A stretch of 64,000 bases of DNA, taken from NCBI GenBank assembly GCA_035559535.1, contig DATMBG010000051.1, positions 372,001 through 436,000 on the forward strand, written 5' to 3'. Positions 47,092 to 56,583 of this stretch are shown here, one piece after another. Every line of letters begins with the position of its first letter. The stretch's first letter is position 1. Position numbers and translations under genes: made by a program. Under the pieces are notes generated by a model, which saw only the letters and a list, made by a program, of their open reading frames with translations, did no database searches and was not told where the DNA came from. This DNA comes from Candidatus Limnocylindrales bacterium (lineage in GTDB: Bacteria; Moduliflexota; Moduliflexia; Moduliflexales; JAUQPW01).

Positions 47092-50000
47092 ATGCCTGAA
47101 TTACTCCAGATTCTGGCCGGTTATGTCCCTCAAGTGATGGTGAATCACCTGATTTCCCATCCCGAGCCTCTCGTTACGCCTTCTGCCGAGCGTTTCCCTG
47201 CCGCGATACTTTTTGCCGATATTTCCGGCTTTACGACTCTGGCCGAACGCCTCACCCAACAGGGTCCGGCCGGTATAGAAAAACTCTCCAACGTCCTCAA
47301 TACCTATTTTAGTCAGCTTATCGAGCTTATTATGGCCCATGGAGGGGAGGTCTTTAAATTTGCCGGGGATGCCCCTATTGCGCTCTGGCCCGTTGCCCAA
47401 CCCCGTAATCGCCATCTTATTCGGAATATGGGAGATGAGAATCTCTCCCTGGCTACCTGTCGTGCAGTCCAGTGCGGTTTAGCCTTGCAATCGATGTTTA
47501 ATGAATATAAGGTGGCGGAAGGTCTGCGCCTTTCCTTACGGGTAGGTATTGGAGCAGGGGAGGTTCTCATGGCGAGTGTGGGAGGTGTGCGAGGACGTTG
47601 GGAATTTCTGGTAGCCGGCGAGCCCATCACTCAAATGTGCCACGCAGAGCGACAGGCCTATCCCGGTGAGGTGGTCCTATCTTCTGAAGCCTGGAAGCTT
47701 ATTCAGGATCAAGGTTCAGGCCAACAGTTACCCGAAGGGGGTTTCCTGATCCAATCACTCCGTGAACCTCTTCCACTTCGTCCTTTGTTCCCGATTAATC
47801 CTCCACCGGGCTTTGAGGTTATTTTACGAAGTTATATTCCGGCTGCGATTCTGACTCGCCTCGATGCAGAACAAACTGAATGGCTGGCCGAACTTCGTCG
47901 TATCACGGTATTGTTCGTCAACGTCATGGGATTAGATTACACATCCCCCTATATCCTGGACAGATTGCAAACGGTGATGCAGGTTTTACAGACGGTGTTA
48001 TACCGTTATGAAGGAAGTGTCAATCAATTCATGGTAGATGATAAAGGAACCATCCTGGTAGCGGCATTGGGATTACCTCCCTTAACCCATGAAGACGATG
48101 CGGTACGAGGTATACAGGCTGCGCTGGGAATGCAGGCCGAGCTTCGACAATTGGGATTGCGGAGTGCGGTCGGTATTGCCACCGGTCGGGTGTTTTGTGG
48201 GGAACGAGGGAGCCTGATTCGGCGTGAGTATGGCATGATCGGAGACGTAGTCAATCTGGCAGCCCGATTGATGCAGGTGGTAACAGAAGATCTTTCCATA
48301 GGTCAAAGTATTCTTTGTGATGCAGCCACCTATCAGGCAGCTCGAATGCGTTTGGCCTTTAAAACTTTACCCACGATAACGGTCAAAGGTAAAGCCGAAC
48401 CCGTTGCTGTTTACTCCCCCTATGGTCAGACCAAGATAACCCCCAAATCCCCAACAAAAATGGTTGGAAGGACAACTGAACGTAAGTTTTTACTGGAACG
48501 ACTCAGAGCTTTGCGGGAAGGTCACGGAAGTACTGTAATCATAGAAGGTGAAGCCGGCATGGGTAAATCCCGGCTGATACAAGATCTCCTTCAGCACGCT
48601 CAGGAGCTAGGAATCGCAAGTTTGATGGGAGTTGGGGATGCCATTGAGAAATCTATTCCTTACCACGCGTGGTATCCTATTTTTCATCAACTTTTCAATC
48701 TGGATCATTTGACCGATGACCTGGAGAGCCGATGTAGGCAGGTCCTGGCCCAGTTGCAAGTCGACCCTGAGTGGTTAAATTGGGCACCGTTACTCAATTC
48801 GATTTTATCACTGGATTTACCGGAAAATGAAATCACAAACCAGATGTCTGCCCAGGTACGGGCTGAAAATACCCGTAACCTGCTCTTAAGGGTGATAGAA
48901 AAAGCTGCCGACCGGGCGCCTATGATGGTGATTCTGGAAGATGCCCACTGGTTGGATTCGGCCTCGTGGGCTTTAACCTTAACCATCGGTCGTCGGATCC
49001 GTAACCTGCTGTTGATTATCAGTACACGTCCGATGATGGACTCCCTCCCGGCTGAATATCATCAGTTTCTTACTATGCAACCGGGTCGATGGGGTTCTGA
49101 GATCCATCGGTTACAGTTGAGATCTCTTTTACCGGAGGAAACGGTGGAGATGATAACCCAACGGCTGGGGATCACTGCCCTTCCGGAATCGGTAGCTAAA
49201 TTGATTCAAGAGAAGGCAGAGGGCCATCCGCTCTTCAGTGAGGAGTTGGCTTATGCCTTACGGGATGCAGGTCAGATTCTCATCTCCCATGGAGAATGTT
49301 ATGTTTCACCTGCAGCAGGGGATTTCAGTACCCTGAACTTTTCAGATACCCTCCAGGGCCTGGTTATCAGTCGGATCGATCGATTAACGGCGCAGCAACA
49401 ATTAACCTTAAAGGTAGCCAGTGTTATCGGGCGCGCGTTTCCATTCCGCCTCCTCCAGGATATTTATCCTATTAAATCAGACAAAGCGCAATTGGTTCAA
49501 CAACTTAATGCCCTGGAAAAGCTGGATGTCATTTTACTCGAAACGCTGGGATCAGATTTGGTGTATAGGTTTAAACATGCCATAACCCAGGAAGTGGCCT
49601 ACAATTTGATGTTATTTTCCCAACGACGCGGACTGCATCGGGCTATCGCAAGATGGTATGAGTGTGTATATGCCCGGGATTTAACCCCCTTCTATTCCCT
49701 TTTAGCTTATCATTGGAGTAAAGCCGAAGAAGAATCAAAAGCCATCCATTATCTGGAAAAGGCCGGGGAGCAGGCCTTCCGCACCGGTGCTTACCCAGAA
49801 GCCCTGACCTTTTTCAGCGAAGCTTTAAGACGGGATATTCGAGAGGATAGAAGCAAAAATAAGATGACCGTTGCCTTATCAACTCAGCGACCTATTGCCA
49901 AATCTCAATTACGATGGGCACGGTGGGAACGGCAGATGGGAGAAATTTGTCTGGAGTTGGGGCAATTACCGGAGAGTCGAGATCATTTCGAACGGGCTTT

Positions 50001-51318
50001 GGCTTTATTGGGCTGGTCGGTGCCTGCCACACGGCGGAAATTGATGTTAAGCCTGGCAGGACAGGTGTTACGACTATTCTGGCCAAGAAGACCGATAAGC
50101 CAACCTTCAGATGGGAGGAAAATAGAGAAGATAACCCCAGAAGAGGAGTGTATCATCTGGTTAGAAGCGGCCCGGGCTTACACTCAGTTGGGAAAGGTAT
50201 ATTACTTCTCCAATGAAACATGGGCCGTTATCCATGCAACCCTTTATACCCTCCATCTGGCCGGCTGGGTGGGTCCTTCACCTGAATTAGCCCAAAGCTA
50301 TGCAAATATGTGTGTCGGAATTGGGTTTATTCCCTTGCATTCCATAGCTGAAGTTTATCTTCGTCGGGCACAGGAAGCGGCTCAGAACTTGAATGAACTT
50401 CCCACGCTGGCTTATGTGTCGATTATAACCGGTGTCTACCGCCTCGGTATGGGTCGTTGGGCTGAAGCTCAAGAGGCTCTTAATCAGGCTATTGAAATCT
50501 GCAATCGCCTAGGAAATCAACAACAATGGGCAGAAAGCTTGATTCTTCTGGAACAGATAGCCTATTACCAGGGGGGCTTTGCCCAGGGTGAGAAACTAGC
50601 TGTAGATCTTTACACAAAGGCCTGTCGAAGTAGCAACTTTCTACATCAGGCCTGGGCTTTAGGCGGACAGGCTGAAAACAAACTACGTCTAGGCCAGATA
50701 GAAGAAGCCATAACCCAACTGAAAGCGGCTCTGGATCTATACGCCGATAATATAGATCGTACCTCGGTTATCACCACCTATGGGCTTCTGGCCCTCGGAT
50801 ACCTCCGTCAGGGGGAATGGCAACTCGCCCGGCAGGCCGCTGATCTGGCAGTAAAAGCCATTGCAAATTCCTCGCCTACTTCCCACTACTTACTGGAAGG
50901 ATACGCCGGGGTTGCCGAAGTATATCTGGCCCTGTGGGAGGCAGATAAGTTTAAAGGCAAAGCCCAAGATCCCGGGTCAAAAATTCCAGAATCGGCAAAG
51001 CAGGCTTGTAAGGCCTTACGCAGGTATGCGAGAATCTTTCTGATCGGTCAACCCCGAGCCTGGCTTTGTCAAGGTTTATATAACTGGCTGGCAGGTAAGC
51101 CCTCTCGAGCTTACAAAGCCTGGCAAAAGAGCCTTTCTTTGGCTGAACGACTCCATATGCCCTACGAGCAAGGACATGCTCAATATGAAATGGGCCGGCA
51201 CTTAGAGACAGGAGCATTGATGCGACGTACCCACCTCCTGCAAGCCTATGAAATTTTTGATCGGCTAGGAGCAATCTATGATCGGGACCGTGCCCGGGCC
51301 GCATTGGAAGCCCTATGA
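47092..51318 (+). CDS. Tandem adenylate/guanylate cyclase + STAND AAA ATPase + TPR protein (soluble adenylyl cyclase-like)
   Basis: C1 FADISGFT/KFAGDA; C2 DDKGT/GDVVNLAARLM; Walker A GEAGMGKS, Walker B ILEDAHW; GHP, ASVIG, YRFKH winged helix; TPR tail. Confidence 0.92.
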   Translation: MPELLQILAGYVPQVMVNHLISHPEPLVTPSAERFPAAILFADISGFTTLAERLTQQGPAGIEKLSNVLNTYFSQLIELIMAHGGEVFKFAGDAPIALWPVAQPRNRHLIRNMGDENLSLATCRAVQCGLALQSMFNEYKVAEGLRLSLRVGIGAGEVLMASVGGVRGRWEFLVAGEPITQMCHAERQAYPGEVVLSSEAWKLIQDQGSGQQLPEGGFLIQSLREPLPLRPLFPINPPPGFEVILRSYIPAAILTRLDAEQTEWLAELRRITVLFVNVMGLDYTSPYILDRLQTVMQVLQTVLYRYEGSVNQFMVDDKGTILVAALGLPPLTHEDDAVRGIQAALGMQAELRQLGLRSAVGIATGRVFCGERGSLIRREYGMIGDVVNLAARLMQVVTEDLSIGQSILCDAATYQAARMRLAFKTLPTITVKGKAEPVAVYSPYGQTKITPKSPTKMVGRTTERKFLLERLRALREGHGSTVIIEGEAGMGKSRLIQDLLQHAQELGIASLMGVGDAIEKSIPYHAWYPIFHQLFNLDHLTDDLESRCRQVLAQLQVDPEWLNWAPLLNSILSLDLPENEITNQMSAQVRAENTRNLLLRVIEKAADRAPMMVILEDAHWLDSASWALTLTIGRRIRNLLLIISTRPMMDSLPAEYHQFLTMQPGRWGSEIHRLQLRSLLPEETVEMITQRLGITALPESVAKLIQEKAEGHPLFSEELAYALRDAGQILISHGECYVSPAAGDFSTLNFSDTLQGLVISRIDRLTAQQQLTLKVASVIGRAFPFRLLQDIYPIKSDKAQLVQQLNALEKLDVILLETLGSDLVYRFKHAITQEVAYNLMLFSQRRGLHRAIARWYECVYARDLTPFYSLLAYHWSKAEEESKAIHYLEKAGEQAFRTGAYPEALTFFSEALRRDIREDRSKNKMTVALSTQRPIAKSQLRWARWERQMGEICLELGQLPESRDHFERALALLGWSVPATRRKLMLSLAGQVLRLFWPRRPISQPSDGRKIEKITPEEECIIWLEAARAYTQLGKVYYFSNETWAVIHATLYTLHLAGWVGPSPELAQSYANMCVGIGFIPLHSIAEVYLRRAQEAAQNLNELPTLAYVSIITGVYRLGMGRWAEAQEALNQAIEICNRLGNQQQWAESLILLEQIAYYQGGFAQGEKLAVDLYTKACRSSNFLHQAWALGGQAENKLRLGQIEEAITQLKAALDLYADNIDRTSVITTYGLLALGYLRQGEWQLARQAADLAVKAIANSSPTSHYLLEGYAGVAEVYLALWEADKFKGKAQDPGSKIPESAKQACKALRRYARIFLIGQPRAWLCQGLYNWLAGKPSRAYKAWQKSLSLAERLHMPYEQGHAQYEMGRHLETGALMRRTHLLQAYEIFDRLGAIYDRDRARAALEAL

Positions 51319-51545
51319 CTATCCCGACCAGTTAGAGAAGTTGACCTTTTTTCCCCGAAGGGAGATATTTAAAACTAAAGAGGAGTGGTTTAAAAGCCAG
51401 AGGTCCAGATGGATAATTAAACTTCTGGCTTATCCGGGTAAGGAAAGTGTAAAGTGGGGTCGAAATTATTCTGATACCGGACCGCTACCTTGTTACTTTC
51501 CCTGTTCTTTGCCTTATCCAGAGTTAAGAATTTAAGAAAGAGCCT

Positions 51546-52643
51546 ATGAAACAGCATAATTCGATTATTCTTCTAGTTGGAACCCAAAAAGGAGGTTTTC
51601 TGCTTACCAGCGACCGGGATCGCAAAAAGTGGGAAGTCCGGGGTCCTTTCCTGGAAGGATCCACGGTGATTCATATGGTCTTAGATCCACGAGATAACCG
51701 AACGATTTTTGCCGCAACATCCCATCTGGTGTGGGGTAGCCATATCCAAAGAAGTCGAGATTTTGGTAAGACCTGGGAAGTTCCCAAGGAAAGTCCCAAA
51801 TTTCCGCCGGGCCTTGGGATGACAGTAAATTCGATTTGGGAGATTAAACCCGGACGCGAGGGAGAGCCGGGGACCTTTTATGCAGGCGTTGAGCCAGCAG
51901 CCCTCTTCAAGAGCCAGGACGAAGGAAATACCTGGACCCCCCTGGAGGCTCTCCTCAACCATCCTACCCGACACCTCTGGCAACCGGCCAAAGGCGGCTT
52001 GAGTCTTCACAGTATCCTTCTAGATCCTACCCGTCCTCAACGGATGTTTGTAGGAATCTCGGCCGGTGGGGTTTTTCGTACCGATGATGGAGGTCATTCC
52101 TGGCAGGCTGTCAACCGGGGGGTTCGTGCGGATTATCTTCCGAATCCTTTCCCAGAAGCCGGACAATGCGTCCATAAGTTGACTTTCCACCCCAAACGCC
52201 CCGAGGTCCTCTACCAACAAAACCATTGCGGAGTTTACCGAAGCCGTAATGCAGGTGCTTCCTGGGAAGACATCAGCGAAGGACTCCCTTCCCGTTACGG
52301 TCTCCCTATAGCCATTCATGCCCATGATCCTGAAACAATCTATGTGGTCCCGGAGGAAAGCGATCAGAATCGGGTAACCGTAGATGGGCGATTCCGGGTT
52401 TATCGGAGTCGAAATGGCGGACAAACCTGGGAGGCAGCTTATAAGGGCTTACCTCAAGAAAATGCCTATCTCCATGTACTCCGAGAAGCTCTGGTGACCG
52501 ATGCCTGTGACCCTTGTGGGGTCTATGTAGGAACCAAAGGGGGACACCTGTTCTATAGCCGAGATGAGGGAGTTACCTGGGAGGTTTTGGCAGAGTGGTT
52601 ACCCCCCATCTATTCCCTGAGTACAGGGTTTCTGGATAACTGA
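51546..52643 (+). CDS. BNR/Asp-box beta-propeller protein (sialidase-like)
   Basis: Repeated SxDxGxTW boxes; VGTQKG; YQQNHCGVYRS. Confidence 0.85.
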   Translation: MKQHNSIILLVGTQKGGFLLTSDRDRKKWEVRGPFLEGSTVIHMVLDPRDNRTIFAATSHLVWGSHIQRSRDFGKTWEVPKESPKFPPGLGMTVNSIWEIKPGREGEPGTFYAGVEPAALFKSQDEGNTWTPLEALLNHPTRHLWQPAKGGLSLHSILLDPTRPQRMFVGISAGGVFRTDDGGHSWQAVNRGVRADYLPNPFPEAGQCVHKLTFHPKRPEVLYQQNHCGVYRSRNAGASWEDISEGLPSRYGLPIAIHAHDPETIYVVPEESDQNRVTVDGRFRVYRSRNGGQTWEAAYKGLPQENAYLHVLREALVTDACDPCGVYVGTKGGHLFYSRDEGVTWEVLAEWLPPIYSLSTGFLDN

Positions 52644-52697
52644 GGTTTTCCGGTTGGCCTTCTGGAGGGAAAGACATTCAACAGGAAACCCAAGGCT

Positions 52698-52761
52698 ACC
52701 TATCCAGGTCAGGCTCAGCCAACGCGCTAAAGCGCGTTGGCTGCAGCAGAAGAGTAAGCGG
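52698..52761 (-). other. Strong hairpin resembling a degenerate attC site; also a likely bidirectional terminator
   Basis: 13-bp perfect stem CAGCCAACGCGCT/AGCGCGTTGGCTG; minus strand has GCTGCAGC...GCTGAGC boxes with one extra base. Confidence 0.35.
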
Positions 52762-52796
52762 GTGTAGAGACAAACTTCCCCGTCGTTCTATCTTTC

Positions 52797-53798
52797 CTAA
52801 GCCTGCTTAAGAAACTCCGTGACCTCTTTGTTGAAGACATCGGGAGCCTCACGCATCAGGAAGTGACCGGCCTTCTTAACCGGTTTAAAGGTCAGATTTA
52901 AGTAGTACTGAACAACAAGGTCGGCCCAATTAATCACCACACAGGTGTCTCCTTCCCCCCAGAGCACCAGAGTCGGAATATGGGTAGGGGTATAATCTAT
53001 GGGTTCCCAACCTTTAGACAACGGACCGAGGTTTGCCCGATACCAGCTAAATCCTCCCTCTATGTTTCCGGGTTTTGTGAAGTTGTCAGTAATGATCTCC
53101 AATTCTTCCGGGGTCCAAAGGTTCTTATTGTAAGACCACCATTGGAAAAACCATCTAAAGTAAATCTTGGTTGCTTCTCTACTGGATTCAACCAATTCTA
53201 CGGCCAGGGGAGTTCCATGGAACTGGGAATACCAGGAATGGGCAAAGAAAGCTGGAGAAAGATATCTCGCCTCGGCTCCCGGAAGGAAGGGATTGACCAG
53301 GACAAGTTTTTTTACCATCTCCGGGTATCTTCTAACAAATTTATGCATGGTCAGGGATGTCCAGTCATGCCCACACCAATAGGCTTTCTCTATCCCCAGA
53401 GCCTTTGCCAGCCTCATCTGATCATCCACGGTGGTATCGAGGTCATAATGCTGAAGGGGATCTAGCTTAATACGCCTTGTGGTAGGATCATAACCAGGTT
53501 TACCAGAGTCCCCATATCCTCGATTGTCCGGAGCTATAACGTCAAAGTGCTTCGCAAGCTCTTTAATGTTCATCCAGTAATCATACCAGAAACCCGGCCA
53601 CCCATGCAAAAGGAATAAAGGCTCTCCGCTTCCTTCTCGTACATAATGAAACTTTACTTCATAACCCCGGGGATCTTGCGTGGTAACTTCGTAGTGCTTG
53701 AAATCTTCCGGTCGGAGAAGTTTCCTCCCGTATAGCGTATCCACCCTTTTAGATTGAATTTCCTCCCACTTCCCTCCATACAATTCTTGATAGGCCAT
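52797..53798 (-). CDS. Alpha/beta hydrolase (epoxide hydrolase/haloacetate dehalogenase-like)
   Basis: LLHGWP, APDNRGYGDS, GHDW nucleophilic Asp, WYRAN, WGEGD, AGHF. Confidence 0.9.
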   Translation of the reverse strand: MAYQELYGGKWEEIQSKRVDTLYGRKLLRPEDFKHYEVTTQDPRGYEVKFHYVREGSGEPLFLLHGWPGFWYDYWMNIKELAKHFDVIAPDNRGYGDSGKPGYDPTTRRIKLDPLQHYDLDTTVDDQMRLAKALGIEKAYWCGHDWTSLTMHKFVRRYPEMVKKLVLVNPFLPGAEARYLSPAFFAHSWYSQFHGTPLAVELVESSREATKIYFRWFFQWWSYNKNLWTPEELEIITDNFTKPGNIEGGFSWYRANLGPLSKGWEPIDYTPTHIPTLVLWGEGDTCVVINWADLVVQYYLNLTFKPVKKAGHFLMREAPDVFNKEVTEFLKQA

Positions 53799-54134
53799 AG
53801 ATTCATCCTCCCTTCTTTGAAAGGTTATGAAAAATGCGTTACGCCCTCAGAAACTTTTTGTTTTTTCTCACCAGAGTATCCAGCAAAGGATATCCCCAGA
53901 TCGGCTAAAAGTTAAAATGAGTTGTCGGAACACCGATACCGGTAGAATGTGTGTGAGTTCCAGGGAAGAGGATATATTCTGCAGGGGATTCCACAGGAAG
54001 TTAGGCCCGCCGACTTTTATCCTCAAACCTGATAGATCTGTCTGGCAGGAATCGATCAAGATTACTTTATATCCTTCCCTCTAAATGTCAATGAAAAATA
54101 GTAAGCCTGATCCTTTCGTCTGGATCTTTTTTAT

Positions 54135-54163
54135 TTGACATTCGTATTTTATTCGCCTATCTT
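54135..54163 (+). promoter_or_regulatory. Sigma70-type promoter of the radical SAM gene, with ATTC-N7-ATTC in the spacer
   Basis: TTGACA-N17-TATCTT. Confidence 0.5.
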
Positions 54164-54224
54164 CTTAAGAAAGAGTTTCAGGCTATTTTCCAATCCTTAT
54201 CAAAACAACCCGGAGGGTAAAGCG

Positions 54225-55463
54225 ATGGAACTACAAGAAAAAATTAAAATTTTAACCGAGATGGCTCTGGAGGATCGAGATACCCGGCGAATTCCTATAG
54301 GTAGAGATCCTATTTTAAATCCCTTGAACCTTCGTCCTTTGGCTTATCGGGGATCTCAAGGTATGCCACTCATGCGTGTTTTAATGACCAATGCCTGTCG
54401 GTTCAACTGTACGTACTGTCCTATGCGTAAGGACCGTCATCTTCCCCGTGTCGCTTTAGAACCCGAAACGATCGCTTCTACTTACCTGGAGGCCGTACGA
54501 AAAAGATGGGCCGATGGTCTGTTTGTAACCACCGGAATTCCGGGACGTCCTGCTCAGGCTATGGATCAACTCATCAAGTTGTTAGAAATCCTTCGGTTTC
54601 GGTATCGGTACCATGGGTACATTCACGTTAAGATAATGCCGGGAGCCGAGTCAGCTCAGATTGAGCGGGCTGTTCAACTGGCCCATCGGGTCTCGTTAAA
54701 TCTGGAAGCACCCTGCCAGAGTATCCTGAATGAACTTGCCCCAGAAAAAAATTTATCCCGATCCCTGGCAGATCTTCAACTCGCCCATGAAACGAAACAA
54801 CGTCTCCGGGCGGAGTCGGGTTTTTCCAAAAAACTCCCCTCTCACCCTGTCTTACCGGCCGGAATTACCACACAGTTTGTAGTAGGAGCCGGTCAGGATA
54901 CGGATCGGCAAATCTTAGGGCTGGTGGAGGATTTATCCAGGAGAAAGAAGATTCTTCATCATAGCCATTTTAGTGCTTTCCGTCCCATTCGGGATACACC
55001 CTTAGAAAATAGAAGAGAAACTCCTGTGTTGCGAGAACAACGACTTTATCAGGCAGAGTATCTGATGCGGGAGTATGGATATCAACTCGAAGAAATGGTC
55101 TTTGATAAGCAAGGAAATCTTCCCCTAGAGATGGATCCCAAGGTAGCCTGGGCGATCCATCATCCCGAACAATTCCCTGTGGAGATCCAGACCGCCCATT
55201 GGGAGCAATTGCTTCGAGTTCCCGGGATCGGTCCGGTATCTGTGGAACGGATTCTTCGGTATCGAAGACGGGAACTGTTGAGGGATCGAAAGGATTTAGA
55301 TCGATTGGGCGTGGTTACAAGCCGGGCTCAAAAATTTATAACCCTTCGAGGAAAACGTATCACAGAGGATCGAGACGCCATCCAGCAGACATTGTGGGAT
55401 TTTAATACCCTGGAGTCCCATCCCTCCCGAACTTATGAATTTAGCCCGGGAACCTTTCGATAA
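54225..55463 (+). CDS. Putative DNA modification/repair radical SAM protein with C-terminal HhH (TIGR03916-like)
   Basis: TNACRFNCTYC, GYIHVKIMPGA, SLNLE, PAGITTQFVVGA, SAFRP, REQRLYQAEYL, DPKVAWA, LLRVPGIG. Confidence 0.9.
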   Translation: MELQEKIKILTEMALEDRDTRRIPIGRDPILNPLNLRPLAYRGSQGMPLMRVLMTNACRFNCTYCPMRKDRHLPRVALEPETIASTYLEAVRKRWADGLFVTTGIPGRPAQAMDQLIKLLEILRFRYRYHGYIHVKIMPGAESAQIERAVQLAHRVSLNLEAPCQSILNELAPEKNLSRSLADLQLAHETKQRLRAESGFSKKLPSHPVLPAGITTQFVVGAGQDTDRQILGLVEDLSRRKKILHHSHFSAFRPIRDTPLENRRETPVLREQRLYQAEYLMREYGYQLEEMVFDKQGNLPLEMDPKVAWAIHHPEQFPVEIQTAHWEQLLRVPGIGPVSVERILRYRRRELLRDRKDLDRLGVVTSRAQKFITLRGKRITEDRDAIQQTLWDFNTLESHPSRTYEFSPGTFR

Positions 55464-55470
55464 GGATAAA

Positions 55471-55545
55471 AAAAACGCAGATTTTTAGAATAAACAGATT
55501 TAAGGATCTACCGGTATCTGTTCATTACTAAAAATCTGCGTTTTT
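55471..55545. terminator. Bidirectional terminator-like inverted repeat
   Basis: Perfect 18-bp arms AAAAACGCAGATTTTTAG / CTAAAAATCTGCGTTTTT between convergent genes. Confidence 0.65.
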
Positions 55546-55593
55546 ACTTTTCTACCCGGATTTACCCGGAAATTACCGGTTAAGTAATCTCAA

Positions 55594-55860
55594 TTAAGCA
55601 GGCGTTCTCGGTCCGGGTCTGAGTAAGCGATAGATAACCAGCAGAAGGATAGATCCCAATACGGCGATCACTATACTACGGATATTGAACCCGGTTATAC
55701 TTCCCCAACCTATACTACTTGCAATGAATCCACCAACCAGGGCACCTACAATACCTAGGATGATAGTAAGGATAATACCACCTGGATCACTCCCCGGCAT
55801 GAGAAACTTGGCAATAACTCCAACAATAAGACCGAAAATAATCCAAGAGATGATACCCAT
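55594..55860 (-). CDS. GlsB/YeaQ/YmgE family stress-response membrane protein
   Basis: MGIISWIIFGLIVGVIAKFLMPG, TIILGIVGALVGG. Confidence 0.92.
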   Translation of the reverse strand: MGIISWIIFGLIVGVIAKFLMPGSDPGGIILTIILGIVGALVGGFIASSIGWGSITGFNIRSIVIAVLGSILLLVIYRLLRPGPRTPA

Positions 55861-56076
55861 ATAACCCCTCCCTTTATGATTTCCTATCTAGGAGAATCTA
55901 AGGGAAATACTCTATAGGAATATCCCTCTCGTTCTATCTAGATGGAATGAAATTTTAATCTATATTGGTAATTTTATTGTACTTCTTTTAAACAGATTTG
56001 TCAAATGAAAACCTGACCATGGGATTATTCCTGAATATCGACCCATATTTTTCTTGCGTAGAAATCGATCTCATCC

Positions 56077-56410
56077 TAGTATTGTGTTGTTGGAGATAGA
56101 ACTTCCCGAAAGCCCACCTTGAGGGTAAAGAGGGGTATTATTATCTGGGATGAAAGACCCCACAAAAGATGAAGGGAGAGAGGTAATCAGTCAGTGGATA
56201 AAGTCCGTTTAGGGCAGGAATATAAAAAATACGAAACCCCCGGCTCCTCTCCCACGCTGCGAGAAAGGGGAGCTGGCAAATCCCCAGATCAACTTCCCAA
56301 ATACCTCCTCTCCTCTTCTCTCACCCTCCCCGTGGACGGGGAGGGAAGGGGGGAGAGGGGTCGGGGGTGAGGGCAGAACGGTTATTCAAATCTAACTTTA
56401 CAAAGTATTA
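56077..56410. mobile_element. Degenerate MITE-like composite element
   Basis: Ends TAGTATTGTGT / ACAAAGTATTA; ~40-bp match to 5019-5058; GGGGAGAGGGGTCGGGGGTGAGGGC as at 10146-10170. Confidence 0.5.
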
Positions 56411-56583
56411 TGTCTGTGGACTTTAAAAAATAGTTGAAAATAACCCGATATTATTTTATAACAAAAAATCAAACCATGGAGTTTTAAAAGTCTTTATCAG
56501 TGATTCCAGGATAGACCCGGTGAAAGAGTGGAGATTTCGGTAGGGTCAAACTCCTGGATAGCCCAGCTAGCAGGAGGCGATTT

